IMG/VR virus record: IMGVR_UViG_3300013308_000019
Span: 31,274-95,273 of that record
Direction: 5' to 3' (one strand)
Source: a virus
Taxonomy: Duplodnaviria > Caudoviricetes
DNA length: 64,000 nucleotides
Shown: piece after piece, positions 18,221 to 26,717 of the stretch
Layout of the letters: the number at the start of each line of letters is the position of its first letter
How positions within the stretch are numbered: position 1 is the stretch's first letter
The notes under the pieces: generated by a model
Seen by the model: only the letters and a program-made list of their open reading frames with translations
Databases searched by the model: none
What the model was told of the DNA's origin: nothing
Made by a program: the position numbers and the translations under genes

Positions 18221-18514
18221 ATGCCGCTCATGTCAGTCAAGCTCAAGAATCGCATTCTCAAGGCCGACCCCACGTTGGAGGTCCACCTGCGGAACATCCG
18301 GGTCAATGCGGACCCTCGCGGATGCTCTGGATTCATCGTCAACCCTGCCAATGGCAAGGTCGTGTACGTAGACACTGAGGAAAGTGTCTACGGGCCGCTA
18401 CGGGGCAAGATTCTGTACCGGACGGCGGAACACACCAAGGACTTTACCGGTGGCGTCAACCGGTGGGCAACGGATGAAACGCTCGTTGCGGACGTGCTGC
18501 AACTGCTCAAGTAG
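18221..18514 (+). CDS. conserved phage hypothetical protein (GCSGF..LYRTA..DFTGG.N)
   Basis: own promoter/RBS; ends at box. Confidence 0.8.
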   Translation: MPLMSVKLKNRILKADPTLEVHLRNIRVNADPRGCSGFIVNPANGKVVYVDTEESVYGPLRGKILYRTAEHTKDFTGGVNRWATDETLVADVLQLLK

Positions 18515-18599
18515 TTACAAAAAACGCTTACGGGATGGGACTTGCACAATGCGGTCCCATCCCCTAGAATTGAAGTATCAGCCAAACAGGAGGAACAAA

Positions 18600-18728
18600 A
18601 TGGATCGCGAAACTCGGGCCGAAATCATCTGCAACCTTGCAGGCAAGGACCCCAACAACGAGGCCGACTGGGCGGAGGCTTTGAAAGAAGCTGACCAGCA
18701 GATCGCAGACGGGTTTGAATACCAGTAG
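18600..18728 (+). CDS. 42-aa hypothetical protein (cassette)
   Basis: AGGAGG RBS; ends at box. Confidence 0.7.
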   Translation: MDRETRAEIICNLAGKDPNNEADWAEALKEADQQIADGFEYQ

Positions 18729-18819
18729 TTACAAAAAACGCTTAGCGGATGGGGTTGCATCTAGCGGCCCCATCCGGTAGACTCTTACTATCAGCCAAAC
18801 AACGGGAGAGGAACCCAAA

Positions 18820-19029
18820 ATGGACTGGATCACTGTAACACCGGCTTACGGACGCGACTACCGCAACAAGACGGAGGCGCTCGCAGACTGGGATGCGGAC
18901 AAGGACTTTCGGGAGACGGCGTCCAGCAAGTACATCAACAAGTCGCAGGCCGAACGGATGGGACTCAAGGTCATCATCCGGTACGGGAAGGGCATGAAGA
19001 ATCTGGACACCACGGCGAAACGCCGGTAG
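18820..19029 (+). CDS. conserved phage small protein (PAYGRDY motif)
   Basis: TPAYGRDY..W..KDF; own promoter. Confidence 0.8.
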   Translation: MDWITVTPAYGRDYRNKTEALADWDADKDFRETASSKYINKSQAERMGLKVIIRYGKGMKNLDTTAKRR

Positions 19030-19036
19030 AACTTAC

Positions 19037-19072
19037 AAGAAACGCTTAGCCGAAAGGCTAGGCGTTTTTTGT
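19037..19072 (+). terminator. intrinsic terminator built from box plus inverted box
   Basis: AAACGCTTAGCC-GAAA-GGCTAGGCGTTTTTT. Confidence 0.8.
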
Positions 19073-19083
19073 TGTTGCGGCCT

Positions 19084-19155
19084 AAAAAATAAGGCCAGAC
19101 TCGGCCTTCCCCGCCACCCGTCTCAGGGCGGCTATCATGTTCGCCTTGCGGCTAT
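19084..19155 (-). ncRNA. candidate small RNA, family 2
   Basis: leftward TTGCAT(19190-19185)-17-TAAGCT; three hairpins; AAGGCC..GGCCTT-ATTTTTT terminator. Confidence 0.6.
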
Positions 19156-19272
19156 AAAATAAGCTTACCACCTTGCGGATGCAGATGCAAGTCTACAAGA
19201 AACGCATTGGGACTTGCGGATGCGCTCGCATGCGTGTACGTTTAGGGTAACGGATCAACGAAAGGGAAGATC

Positions 19273-19554
19273 ATGTCGGACTACACGAAGTTCCAGATGT
19301 ACAGCTACGGGACGCACAACCTTGTGGAGACGTGGCAGACCTACGGACACAACGCGGCCATTCTGGCGGACGTGGAGTATCGGGACGGTATGTGCACCGT
19401 GACTGTGTACGACCCCACAACATCCCGTTGCCGTACGTACGACAACCGGCCTACCGTGGCCGCTCTCGGTATCGTAGAGCGTCACCTAGAGCGCATGGGT
19501 TACAAAAACTGCGTAGAGGTTCGGGACTTGACGGCTGAGACCTCGGAGGACTAA
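19273..19554 (+). CDS. hypothetical protein
   Basis: AAAGGG RBS. Confidence 0.7.
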   Translation: MSDYTKFQMYSYGTHNLVETWQTYGHNAAILADVEYRDGMCTVTVYDPTTSRCRTYDNRPTVAALGIVERHLERMGYKNCVEVRDLTAETSED

Positions 19555-19587
19555 GCTTAGGTATCGGAACAACCTAGGAGGCGGACC

Positions 19588-19902
19588 ATGGCACGCAAAC
19601 CACGCGCTAGTGAAGTAGCTACAAGAAACGCATTCTTGGACTACTTGGAGTCACTGGAGACTCGGGCGACGGAGGACATTTGCGGAGTCTGGTATAACCG
19701 TCTGGGAGCCTCTAAGCATGCGGCAGGGGAATTGTGCCAGTGGGATATGTTCAGCCGCCCATGGCACCTTGTAGCGCGTTACGCGTCTGAAGAGCTTACG
19801 GAGTGGTTCGCTCGCAATGGCCGGATGACGTTTACCGAGTGGCGCGAATCGGAACGCGAATACCTGCGGGAACAGTTTGACATGTACGCACAGAGCGCGT
19901 AA
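19588..19902 (+). CDS. hypothetical protein
   Basis: AGGAGG RBS; internal box at 19619. Confidence 0.7.
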   Translation: MARKPRASEVATRNAFLDYLESLETRATEDICGVWYNRLGASKHAAGELCQWDMFSRPWHLVARYASEELTEWFARNGRMTFTEWRESEREYLREQFDMYAQSA

Positions 19903-19943
19903 GCTCTAGGTATCAGCCAAACCAACCAGTCAAGGAGACTAAA

Positions 19944-20342
19944 ATGGCAAAGACTTTCAAGCTCACCAACCAGCGGGCAAACGAACTGCTGGCAGACATC
20001 CGGCAGGTATCCGCGCAGGAAGGTGACTGGCGGGCAACGCTGGACAATCTCGAAGAGACGTTCGAAGCGTTCGCGGAGATGACGGCGGAACCGGAGCGTG
20101 TGATCTTCCGGAAGTTCACCCATGACGGCGCAATCATCGCCCTGCTCCCTGACCAGTACAACGAGCGGAACGGCAACATCGGGAGCTACATGGAGTTGGG
20201 ACAGCACGCGGAGACGGCTCCCGATTTCGGAGACACCAAACCGGCAGACGCACCGGAGTACCGGAACCTCTACAACGAGTTGGTACGGCAGGGTTACCAC
20301 AACCTGAAGGTGGTCAAGCGTTTCGGGAAGCTTGGCCGGTAG
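19944..20342 (+). CDS. conserved phage hypothetical protein (VIFRK..SY..GQH..EY..L..EL...GY)
   Basis: AAGGAG RBS; ends at box. Confidence 0.8.
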   Translation: MAKTFKLTNQRANELLADIRQVSAQEGDWRATLDNLEETFEAFAEMTAEPERVIFRKFTHDGAIIALLPDQYNERNGNIGSYMELGQHAETAPDFGDTKPADAPEYRNLYNELVRQGYHNLKVVKRFGKLGR

Positions 20343-20434
20343 TTACAAGAAACGCATACGGGACCGGAGTTGCTTAGGTGGCTCCGGTCCTGTAGTCTTT
20401 AGGTATCAGTTCATCAACGGCACAGGAGGCCACC

Positions 20435-20905
20435 GTGGTATACATGCTCACCATCAAAGACTTGGAAACCCGTCCGGAGGGTACGTACTACACAGGACCG
20501 CTGGAAGAGGCTAAGGCCTTTATCGCGGACTGGATCAACTCCACTGAGGCCCGATACCTCGACACCACCGGTAAAGTCCGGTACGCGGTCTACCTGACCT
20601 TGGAAGTCGGAGACGGCAAACCTGCCAGCATGGACAACTGCAACGACATTGGGGTCGGAGACACCAGCGAAGAGGCTTGGCGGTACGCTCTGGGCGCAGA
20701 GTTTGGACCTGCCGACGACGAGTTTAGCGCGTTCCCGCTGACACACGACAAGCGGGAGGCTGTAGAGGCTATGGTGGCGCACCACTTCCCGGAGCGTCTG
20801 GACGCGTTCTACTCGCCCACAACAGGCCTTGCGGCAGTCGAGGACACGGATGGGAACATGTGGCGCGTGTGGCCGGATGGGGACATTGAGGTCTACCGCC
20901 GATAG
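20435..20905 (+). CDS. two-domain hypothetical protein
   Basis: AGGAGG RBS; FPERLD C-domain shared with 7270-7659. Confidence 0.75.
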   Translation: MVYMLTIKDLETRPEGTYYTGPLEEAKAFIADWINSTEARYLDTTGKVRYAVYLTLEVGDGKPASMDNCNDIGVGDTSEEAWRYALGAEFGPADDEFSAFPLTHDKREAVEAMVAHHFPERLDAFYSPTTGLAAVEDTDGNMWRVWPDGDIEVYRR

Positions 20906-20999
20906 GTTACAAGAAACGCGTAGCGGGTAGGATTTGCGTCTTACCCGCTATGCGTGTATTCTTTAGGTACAAGGTAAGAACAACGGCTAGGAGGCCACC

Positions 21000-21245
21000 A
21001 TGAACAAGGCAAAAGCGGAGAAGGTACTGGCAGAGGTTGAAGAGCAGTTCAAGCTCTACATCGAAGCAGGGTACCCGAAGCCGAACCTGCGGGATGCGGA
21101 CCATGAGCAACTGCCCAAGGGTTCGTGGTCCATCGACTGGGAAGATGGTCCGGACGAATGGTGCTACGCAATGCCAGCGTCGAAGATTCCCGGCGTTTTC
21201 GTGGAGCCGATCATGTCGTTTGTTCTCGGAGTCTACGACGACTGA
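21000..21245 (+). CDS. hypothetical protein (cassette)
   Basis: own promoter/RBS; ends at box. Confidence 0.75.
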   Translation: MNKAKAEKVLAEVEEQFKLYIEAGYPKPNLRDADHEQLPKGSWSIDWEDGPDEWCYAMPASKIPGVFVEPIMSFVLGVYDD

Positions 21246-21349
21246 GTTACAAGAAACGCTTAGCGGGTACGGGTTGGACAACAGCCCGTACCTGCTGTAG
21301 TCTTTACTTATCGGTTCAACCGGAACCGCCGAAAGCCTAGGAGGCTATC

Positions 21350-21562
21350 ATGCTTGAAGCTCGCACCCTCTCCCGTTCCCCGCTCAACTTCCTCCCCAAC
21401 GACTCGGTAAGCATCGAGGGCATGTTGGTACGTGTGGACCGCGTAGAGGCCCTTACGGCGAATCTGGTACGCGTTGAGGGGAACGTCATGAGCTTCCCCG
21501 TCTCAATGGTACTGGGCGCTACTCAGATCATGAAGGTAACCCGCATGGTCCACATGCTGTAG
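21350..21562 (+). CDS. hypothetical protein (cassette)
   Basis: own promoter/RBS; ends at box. Confidence 0.7.
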   Translation: MLEARTLSRSPLNFLPNDSVSIEGMLVRVDRVEALTANLVRVEGNVMSFPVSMVLGATQIMKVTRMVHML

Positions 21563-21658
21563 GTTACAAGAAACGCGTAGGCCGGTGGACTTGTGTCCAT
21601 CGGCCATAGCGGGTAGGATCATGGTATAAGGTAGAACCAACCTACAAAAGGAGGAATC

Positions 21659-21829
21659 GTGGACAAGTTCAAGCTCGGTTACATCGTTGGCAAGCGTTAC
21701 CGCGTGTGGACGGGAGACGTGGACTTGGTCCTCGGCTACCGTGATGATGGATGGGTCATCGTCCAAGACGAGAAGACTGGCGTAATTCGTACGCACATCA
21801 CCACGTGTTCAAGCACTCCGCTCGACTAG
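21659..21829 (+). CDS. small hypothetical protein (cassette)
   Basis: AGGAGG + GTG; ends at box; not in ORF track. Confidence 0.65.
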   Translation: MDKFKLGYIVGKRYRVWTGDVDLVLGYRDDGWVIVQDEKTGVIRTHITTCSSTPLD

Positions 21830-21920
21830 CTACAAGAAACGCTTAGCCGGTAGGACTTGCGCCTACCGGCTGAGGCGTGTAGTCTTGAGGTATCAAGTCA
21901 ACCACTCCAAAGGAGACACA

Positions 21921-22091
21921 GTGAACTTCGAAGTCGGAACCAAAGTCGAAATCCTCGAACGCGGCGCATGGGTAGGCCCGTTCACCGTTACGGCAGACGC
22001 GGGACGCACGCCGGATCACGTAGTGCTTTACGGTCCCTCTGGCCGGTTCGAAGTCTACAACGACGCACCGTTCAACATCCGTAAAGCTTAG
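21921..22091 (+). CDS. SH3-like small protein (cassette)
   Basis: AAGGAG + GTG; FEVGTKV. Confidence 0.7.
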   Translation: MNFEVGTKVEILERGAWVGPFTVTADAGRTPDHVVLYGPSGRFEVYNDAPFNIRKA

Positions 22092-22192
22092 TTACAAAAA
22101 CCGCTTAGGGAGTCGGACTTGCATCCGGCTCCCATAGCGGGTAAGCTTTAGGTAATGGAGCAACCGGCTCCCCAAAGTCCTAGGAGGACACA

Positions 22193-22471
22193 ATGACTGG
22201 TGAAGAGTACTTGGAAGAATCGGGCGACTTTGAGGACGCCGTGCAGGATTTGCCGCTGGCCGGTGGCATAGTCGGACGCCAGATTGTGGCGTACTTCGAA
22301 AACCTCGACGGACGCGTGGCAGTACATGCCGAGTCCATCGACCACGTTGGAGAGGGCCAGCACGACTACCGGATCACCTTTGAGGGTGGACAGGTTCAGG
22401 CCTACCGCGTGACGTTCTCCAGCACCAACATCTTCATTTCCACCATCGTGGACGCAACGCCGCTCAACTAG
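22193..22471 (+). CDS. hypothetical protein (cassette)
   Basis: own promoter/RBS; ends at box. Confidence 0.75.
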   Translation: MTGEEYLEESGDFEDAVQDLPLAGGIVGRQIVAYFENLDGRVAVHAESIDHVGEGQHDYRITFEGGQVQAYRVTFSSTNIFISTIVDATPLN

Positions 22472-22567
22472 TTACAAAAACCGCTTAGCGGTTAGGGTTG
22501 ACACTCTAGCCGCTAAGCCGGTAGACTCACTACATCGGAACAATCCGGAAACCAAAAGGAGAAAGTC

Positions 22568-22855
22568 ATGAAGTCGGTAATCACCAAGCTGGAAGTCTCG
22601 GAACGTCTGCTGGGCGTGGAGAAGTACGAACTGGAGATCAAGGGCAAGAAGGCTCACGGGACCATCGTGGAACTCCACACGGACATTGACAGCGGCCAGC
22701 GCCACGTGTTCGTCCTGACGCCGGTAGACGGCGGTCTGTCGCCCTCCACGGCGGATGCAGTAGCTCGACGCCTCATCGACGGCGCTCGCAAGTTCTCGGG
22801 CAACCACGTCGGCCCGAACAGCGTGGTACGCGTCGGACGCTACGCGGCCAGCTAG
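22568..22855 (+). CDS. hypothetical protein (cassette)
   Basis: own promoter (TTGACA in perfect hairpin loop)/RBS. Confidence 0.75.
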   Translation: MKSVITKLEVSERLLGVEKYELEIKGKKAHGTIVELHTDIDSGQRHVFVLTPVDGGLSPSTADAVARRLIDGARKFSGNHVGPNSVVRVGRYAAS

Positions 22856-22952
22856 TTACAAAACACGCATAGAGCCTCGGACTTGTGTCTGAGGCTCTTA
22901 GCGTGTAAGCTTTAAGTATCGGAACAATCCGACAGAGACAAAGGGGTAGGAC

Positions 22953-23210
22953 ATGAACAACACTCTCATCCACAACATCGTGGATATGACGCGATTCGCG
23001 GTTAGCTCTGTGAATTTCTCGCAGGTCTACGCGTTCGACAACGGTACCAAGATGGCCGTGTCGCGTAACGCCATGACAGGCGGGCACAAGGCCGGTTACA
23101 TGGCCGTCCTGCCTTACGACAAGGCCGGTAATCAGGTAGATGATCGGGCGGAGGCGTGGCTCTCAGCGGAGGACGTGGCTATCAAGATGGAAGTCCTCGC
23201 CAGCGAGTAG
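22953..23210 (+). CDS. hypothetical protein (cassette)
   Basis: own promoter/RBS; ends at box. Confidence 0.75.
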   Translation: MNNTLIHNIVDMTRFAVSSVNFSQVYAFDNGTKMAVSRNAMTGGHKAGYMAVLPYDKAGNQVDDRAEAWLSAEDVAIKMEVLASE

Positions 23211-23295
23211 TTACAAGAAACGCGTAGGGCCTAAGTTGACTTCGGTTAGCTTAGGCCTTATGCTTGTAGTACACACCAACCGAAAGAAGGACACC

Positions 23296-23502
23296 ATGGC
23301 GCGCAACTCCACTCCCGCCACTCGTGCCGAGGCTCGCGACAAGGCCGAGGTAATCGGCGCGGCTGAGCGCGTGATCTACGCGGAAATCAACGACTTTGTG
23401 TTGCGGGTAGGCAAGCACAAGGCTACGCCGTTCCTCGCGGTACTGGGCGGGTTCGCCTACATCATCTTTGGTCACGAGCTTGTGAACTCCATAAACCTGT
23501 GA
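23296..23502 (+). CDS. small protein with C-terminal TM
   Basis: AAGGA RBS; hydrophobic C-terminus. Confidence 0.65.
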   Translation: MARNSTPATRAEARDKAEVIGAAERVIYAEINDFVLRVGKHKATPFLAVLGGFAYIIFGHELVNSINL

Positions 23503-23650
23503 TACAATGAACTCACAGACATAAAATGAAGCCTCTGGGGATGACCACCAAATCTCCCCGGAGGCTTCGCCAATTGTGGGAGAGGTTGGCTTACAAAAAA
23601 CGCGTAGCGGATAGGTTTGCATTCCGGCGCAAAGGTGGTAAGCTTAGAAC

Positions 23651-23747
23651 ATGGAAAGGGAGGTTAGGAGCCTCCACCCGCCAGACTAAGAATCTGGGGG
23701 TCCGGGAAGTTCCCACCCACTGGGAACCGTCAGCCCCACGCACGGGG
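23651..23747 (+). ncRNA. candidate four-hairpin small RNA ending in a type I-E repeat-like hairpin
   Basis: occupies a whole box-to-box unit with its own promoter; only a 12-codon ORF; stems GGAGG/CCTCC, CCAGA/TCTGG, GTTCCCA/TGGGAAC, CCCC/GGGG. Confidence 0.55.
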
Positions 23748-23846
23748 TTACAAAACCCGCTTAGCGGATGGAGTAGACAGGCCGGTTGAAAGCTGGTAGT
23801 CTTATTCCATAAGCAGTTCACAACTCCACAGAGAAAAGAGCAGACC

Positions 23847-24053
23847 ATGAAGGTTTTCTTCGAAGCACTGGTCGATGGACAGTACGTCAACCAGAAGCGT
23901 CTGGCGGATATCCCGGATGAGAAAGCTTACGCTCGGGCGGCTAAGGCCTACCCGAATGATCCGGACTACGTGGAGCAGATGCTCGACGGACGCGGCTACA
24001 TCTACATCAACGGCCACAACTGCCGGTTCACCTACCAACAGGACAGCCTCTAG
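23847..24053 (+). CDS. hypothetical protein (cassette)
   Basis: own promoter; ends at box. Confidence 0.7.
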   Translation: MKVFFEALVDGQYVNQKRLADIPDEKAYARAAKAYPNDPDYVEQMLDGRGYIYINGHNCRFTYQQDSL

Positions 24054-24156
24054 TTACAAGACACGCATAGGGCCTCTACGGAGGCCCTATTTGCGTTTGG
24101 GCGGAAAGGTGGTATCGTTGAGGTATCGGCAAGGGTTGCCGGTAGGAAAGGGAGTC

Positions 24157-24477
24157 ATGGAACTCAACGTCAAGTACAGCACCGCGAATCTGGAAGCAAC
24201 CAAGGGTAGCGCGGACGCCTCACCCGGTGACCGCAACGCGGCACCCTACCTGCTGAAGCTGGACACCGTGGAGCGGCGTCTGCGGGCTGTAGGCGAGGCC
24301 CACACGCTCATGAACCTGCTGGGCTTCCGGTACTCTGAGGCTGTCTACAACGCCGTATCGGACCTGAGTAAGAACATTGCCGCTGGGCAGGAGGATAAGG
24401 CCCTCTACGGCGAGGCTATCGCTAAGCGGTACCGCGACGAAGAGAACGCACGCCGGAAGCTGGAACGCGGGTACTGA
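24157..24477 (+). CDS. hypothetical protein
   Basis: GGGAG RBS; last rightward cassette. Confidence 0.7.
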   Translation: MELNVKYSTANLEATKGSADASPGDRNAAPYLLKLDTVERRLRAVGEAHTLMNLLGFRYSEAVYNAVSDLSKNIAAGQEDKALYGEAIAKRYRDEENARRKLERGY

Positions 24478-24489
24478 TACAAAAAACTC

Positions 24490-24528
24490 TTAGGCTCTCA
24501 TCCTCCGGGATGGGAGCCTATTGTTTTG
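24490..24528 (+). terminator. intrinsic terminator closing the rightward array
   Basis: TAGGCTCTCATC..GATGGGAGCCTA-TTGTTTT. Confidence 0.75.
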
Positions 24529-24747
24529 TGTCTGGGCGGGGCTGTGTGGGCCTCTACGGGGCTGTGAGGGATTGGGTGGCACTCTCACCCATGGCGGCGA
24601 TTCTAGGGCCTTAGGCGGGCACGTAGGGCCTGCGGTAGGCCTGCGTAGCTGTGAGGCTCTGGGCGGCTGTCTGCGGGCCTAACTGGGCGCAGACGCACAA
24701 AGACCCCCAACCTTTCGGTTGAGGGCCTCTGTGGGGCTGTGGAGGGC

Positions 24748-25014
24748 CTAGGCTTCGATGTCCTCGGGGCTGATGTCCATCACGTAGGCTTTGATGTTGA
24801 CCTCGTCATCTGACTGGCCTGAGCGGTCCCAAGGGTTGATGCAGGGAACGTCTGCGGCTTCGATTTCCACCTGAAGGGAGCCGTCCGGGTTGGTGGCCGC
24901 GATATCGGTTACGGTCATCTCTTCGCCAGCTTCGAGGACTGCCGTCCATCCGCTGGAAAGGTTGATTTCAATGCGCCGGTTGAGCTTGATGGTCTGGCCG
25001 ATTTCGATGAACAT
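24748..25014 (-). CDS. hypothetical protein (last leftward cassette)
   Basis: AAAGGG RBS; start revised to 25014. Confidence 0.7.
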   Translation of the reverse strand: MFIEIGQTIKLNRRIEINLSSGWTAVLEAGEEMTVTDIAATNPDGSLQVEIEAADVPCINPWDRSGQSDDEVNIKAYVMDISPEDIEA

Positions 25015-25115
25015 GGTTCCCTTTCGTGGCCGGTGTTTCCGGCTCATGTAATGAGCTTACCGGACAAACAGAAAACGCGCAACCCCGAAGGGTTACGCGT
25101 TTTTTGTAAGTGGGG

Positions 25116-25316
25116 CTAGTCCTCATCCCAGACTTCGCCCGCGTAGTCGTCCTGTTCGGACGAGTTGCAGACTGGGCACTGATCCGTGCAGGAGGCCCAA
25201 GAGTAGATGTAGTACCACGAGCCGTCGAACTTGGAGCGGGTGGGGGAGACGATGCGCTGGTGGCCAGCGGCGTCGGTGTAGACCTTGTCGCCGGGGTATT
25301 CTGCGAAGGTTGACAT
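25116..25316 (-). CDS. small Cys-containing protein
   Basis: AAGGAG RBS; C..CPVC. Confidence 0.7.
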   Translation of the reverse strand: MSTFAEYPGDKVYTDAAGHQRIVSPTRSKFDGSWYYIYSWASCTDQCPVCNSSEQDDYAGEVWDED

Positions 25317-25407
25317 TGTTTTCTCCTTGTTTGGTTTGACCTTGTACCTACAGCTTAGCATGGTTTCGCGGGGCTTGTCTACTCGGGAGGCTGTGCGTTT
25401 TTTGTAA

Positions 25408-25459
25408 GGGTCCTAATTATTTTAGGGGTCCTCTGGTTTCCCAGCCATGTCCGCTTCAT
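25408..25459 (-). ncRNA. candidate small RNA, family 1
   Basis: TTGACA(25494-25489)-17-TAGACT, then ATGAAGC..GGGAAACCAGAGGACCC. Confidence 0.6.
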
Positions 25460-25555
25460 GGTTTGAGTCTACGGGGTTTGAGGGTGAGTGTCAAGCCTGC
25501 GGCAGACACAAGAGAGAGGGGAGCCTCTCGGCTCCCCTCTAAGCGTTTCTTGTAG

Positions 25556-25729
25556 TTACCAGCGGTCCATCATGAAGGTGTGTCCGCCGAATCCTTGGAT
25601 GACTCCGCAGATGACCATGACGATGGTTGCCACCACCAGCCCGCCCATGAAGGCCCATCCGATGATGCAAAAGAGAATCCAAGATGCGATATCGAGGAAA
25701 CCTTTGATTCCGGTGTATGAAGACTTCAT
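25556..25729 (-). CDS. small membrane protein
   Basis: AGGAG RBS; hydrophobic; ends at box; not in ORF track. Confidence 0.65.
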   Translation of the reverse strand: MKSSYTGIKGFLDIASWILFCIIGWAFMGGLVVATIVMVICGVIQGFGGHTFMMDRW

Positions 25730-25830
25730 GGCCTGCTCCTAAGTTTGTATCGGCTTGTTCCGATGTATAGAGCTTAGCATAGGCTCCGAGTAGTTGTCTA
25801 CCCGAAGCCTATGCGTTTTTTGTAGCTGTG

Positions 25831-26073
25831 CTAGCGGTCAAGCGGCACGCGCTCCAGCGAGCCAGTGCCGAAGTAGTCCACGTTGAGCAGGTACTCAGAG
25901 CCGTTCCAGCGAGCGCGTGCGCCGCTCCTGTAGCCATTGTCGAGCATGTGATCTGCGATAGCCTCGCTAGAGGCGTTCTCGATGGCGTAGGCCTTGCCAC
26001 GGACCACGTAGCGGCTTCCAGCGGCTCCCCGTACCGTGCGCTGAGTCTGGTTCTTCTTGATGGTCTTTCCCAT
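25831..26073 (-). CDS. hypothetical protein
   Basis: AAGGAG RBS; start revised. Confidence 0.7.
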   Translation of the reverse strand: MGKTIKKNQTQRTVRGAAGSRYVVRGKAYAIENASSEAIADHMLDNGYRSGARARWNGSEYLLNVDYFGTGSLERVPLDR

Positions 26074-26162
26074 TGTCTTACTCCTTGTGTGCGTTTTTTG
26101 TATTGGAATTGCCATTAGTGGCATGCCCTACTAGGTAGCGTACCACCTAGTAGAGCAAACTG

Positions 26163-26429
26163 CTAATCGCGGGCTTCGTCGTCCGAGACTTGGAACATCC
26201 ACGAATCGGTGTAGATGTTCCGGCGAACTGTGATCTTGCCCTGAGCTACCAGCGATTCGAACGCCTCGCGGTAGTTCTTGAGGTTCGCGGGAGTCTCGCG
26301 GATGTTGTGCCACGCGAGCGTGCTTTCGACGGTACGCTCCACCATGATGTCCCGGTGAGTGGTGTGGGAGTCGTAGAATCCGTCGTTCCACTCGTTGATG
26401 TAGGTGAGGATGTTGTCTTCGCGGCTCAT
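26163..26429 (-). CDS. hypothetical protein (cassette)
   Basis: own promoter, leader and RBS. Confidence 0.75.
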   Translation of the reverse strand: MSREDNILTYINEWNDGFYDSHTTHRDIMVERTVESTLAWHNIRETPANLKNYREAFESLVAQGKITVRRNIYTDSWMFQVSDDEARD

Positions 26430-26525
26430 GTCTTGCTCCTTGGCTTGTCTCGGCTTGTTCCGATATGGATAGCTTACGCTAGTCGGGAGAGTTATGCAAC
26501 CCTCCCGACTAAGCGTTTTTTGTAG

Positions 26526-26717
26526 CTAGTCTTCGAGGTCTTCGATCTCTTCCACCTCTGCGGCTTGGAAACCATGCTCGTCTTCGAGTTCTTCGAGAGT
26601 GGTGTACCAGAACCCGCCGACCCCATCCGGAGTGATGAAGTACATGTCATCCTTGCGGACGTAGTACGCGGTATCGACGGTGAGTTCGGAACGGGGAGTG
26701 AGGGTTGCCTGTGCCAT
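26526..26717 (-). CDS. acidic small protein (cassette)
   Basis: own promoter/RBS; ends at box. Confidence 0.75.
   Translation of the reverse strand: MAQATLTPRSELTVDTAYYVRKDDMYFITPDGVGGFWYTTLEELEDEHGFQAAEVEEIEDLED

Larger units (their letters stand above)
4082..24489 (+). repeat. dispersed directional 13-bp box YTACAAnAnnCGC (~43 rightward copies)
   Basis: starts at 4082, 6508, 6664, 6853, 7660, 9915, 10757, 11050, 11650, 12178, 12607, 12962, 13606, 14012, 14606, 15008, 15522, 16120, 16408, 16709, 16935, 16949, 17677, 18132, 18515, 18729, 19033, 19193, 19500, 19619, 20343, 20907, 21247, 21564, 21830, 22092, 22472, 22856, 23211, 23591, 23748, 24054, 24477 (a few degenerate at the 3' end). Confidence 0.95.

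Noticed and set aside
23651-23747. Canonical tRNA-Leu(AAG)
   Set aside because: Only an anticodon-arm-like hairpin; no acceptor stem, canonical T-loop or CCA end could be fitted.
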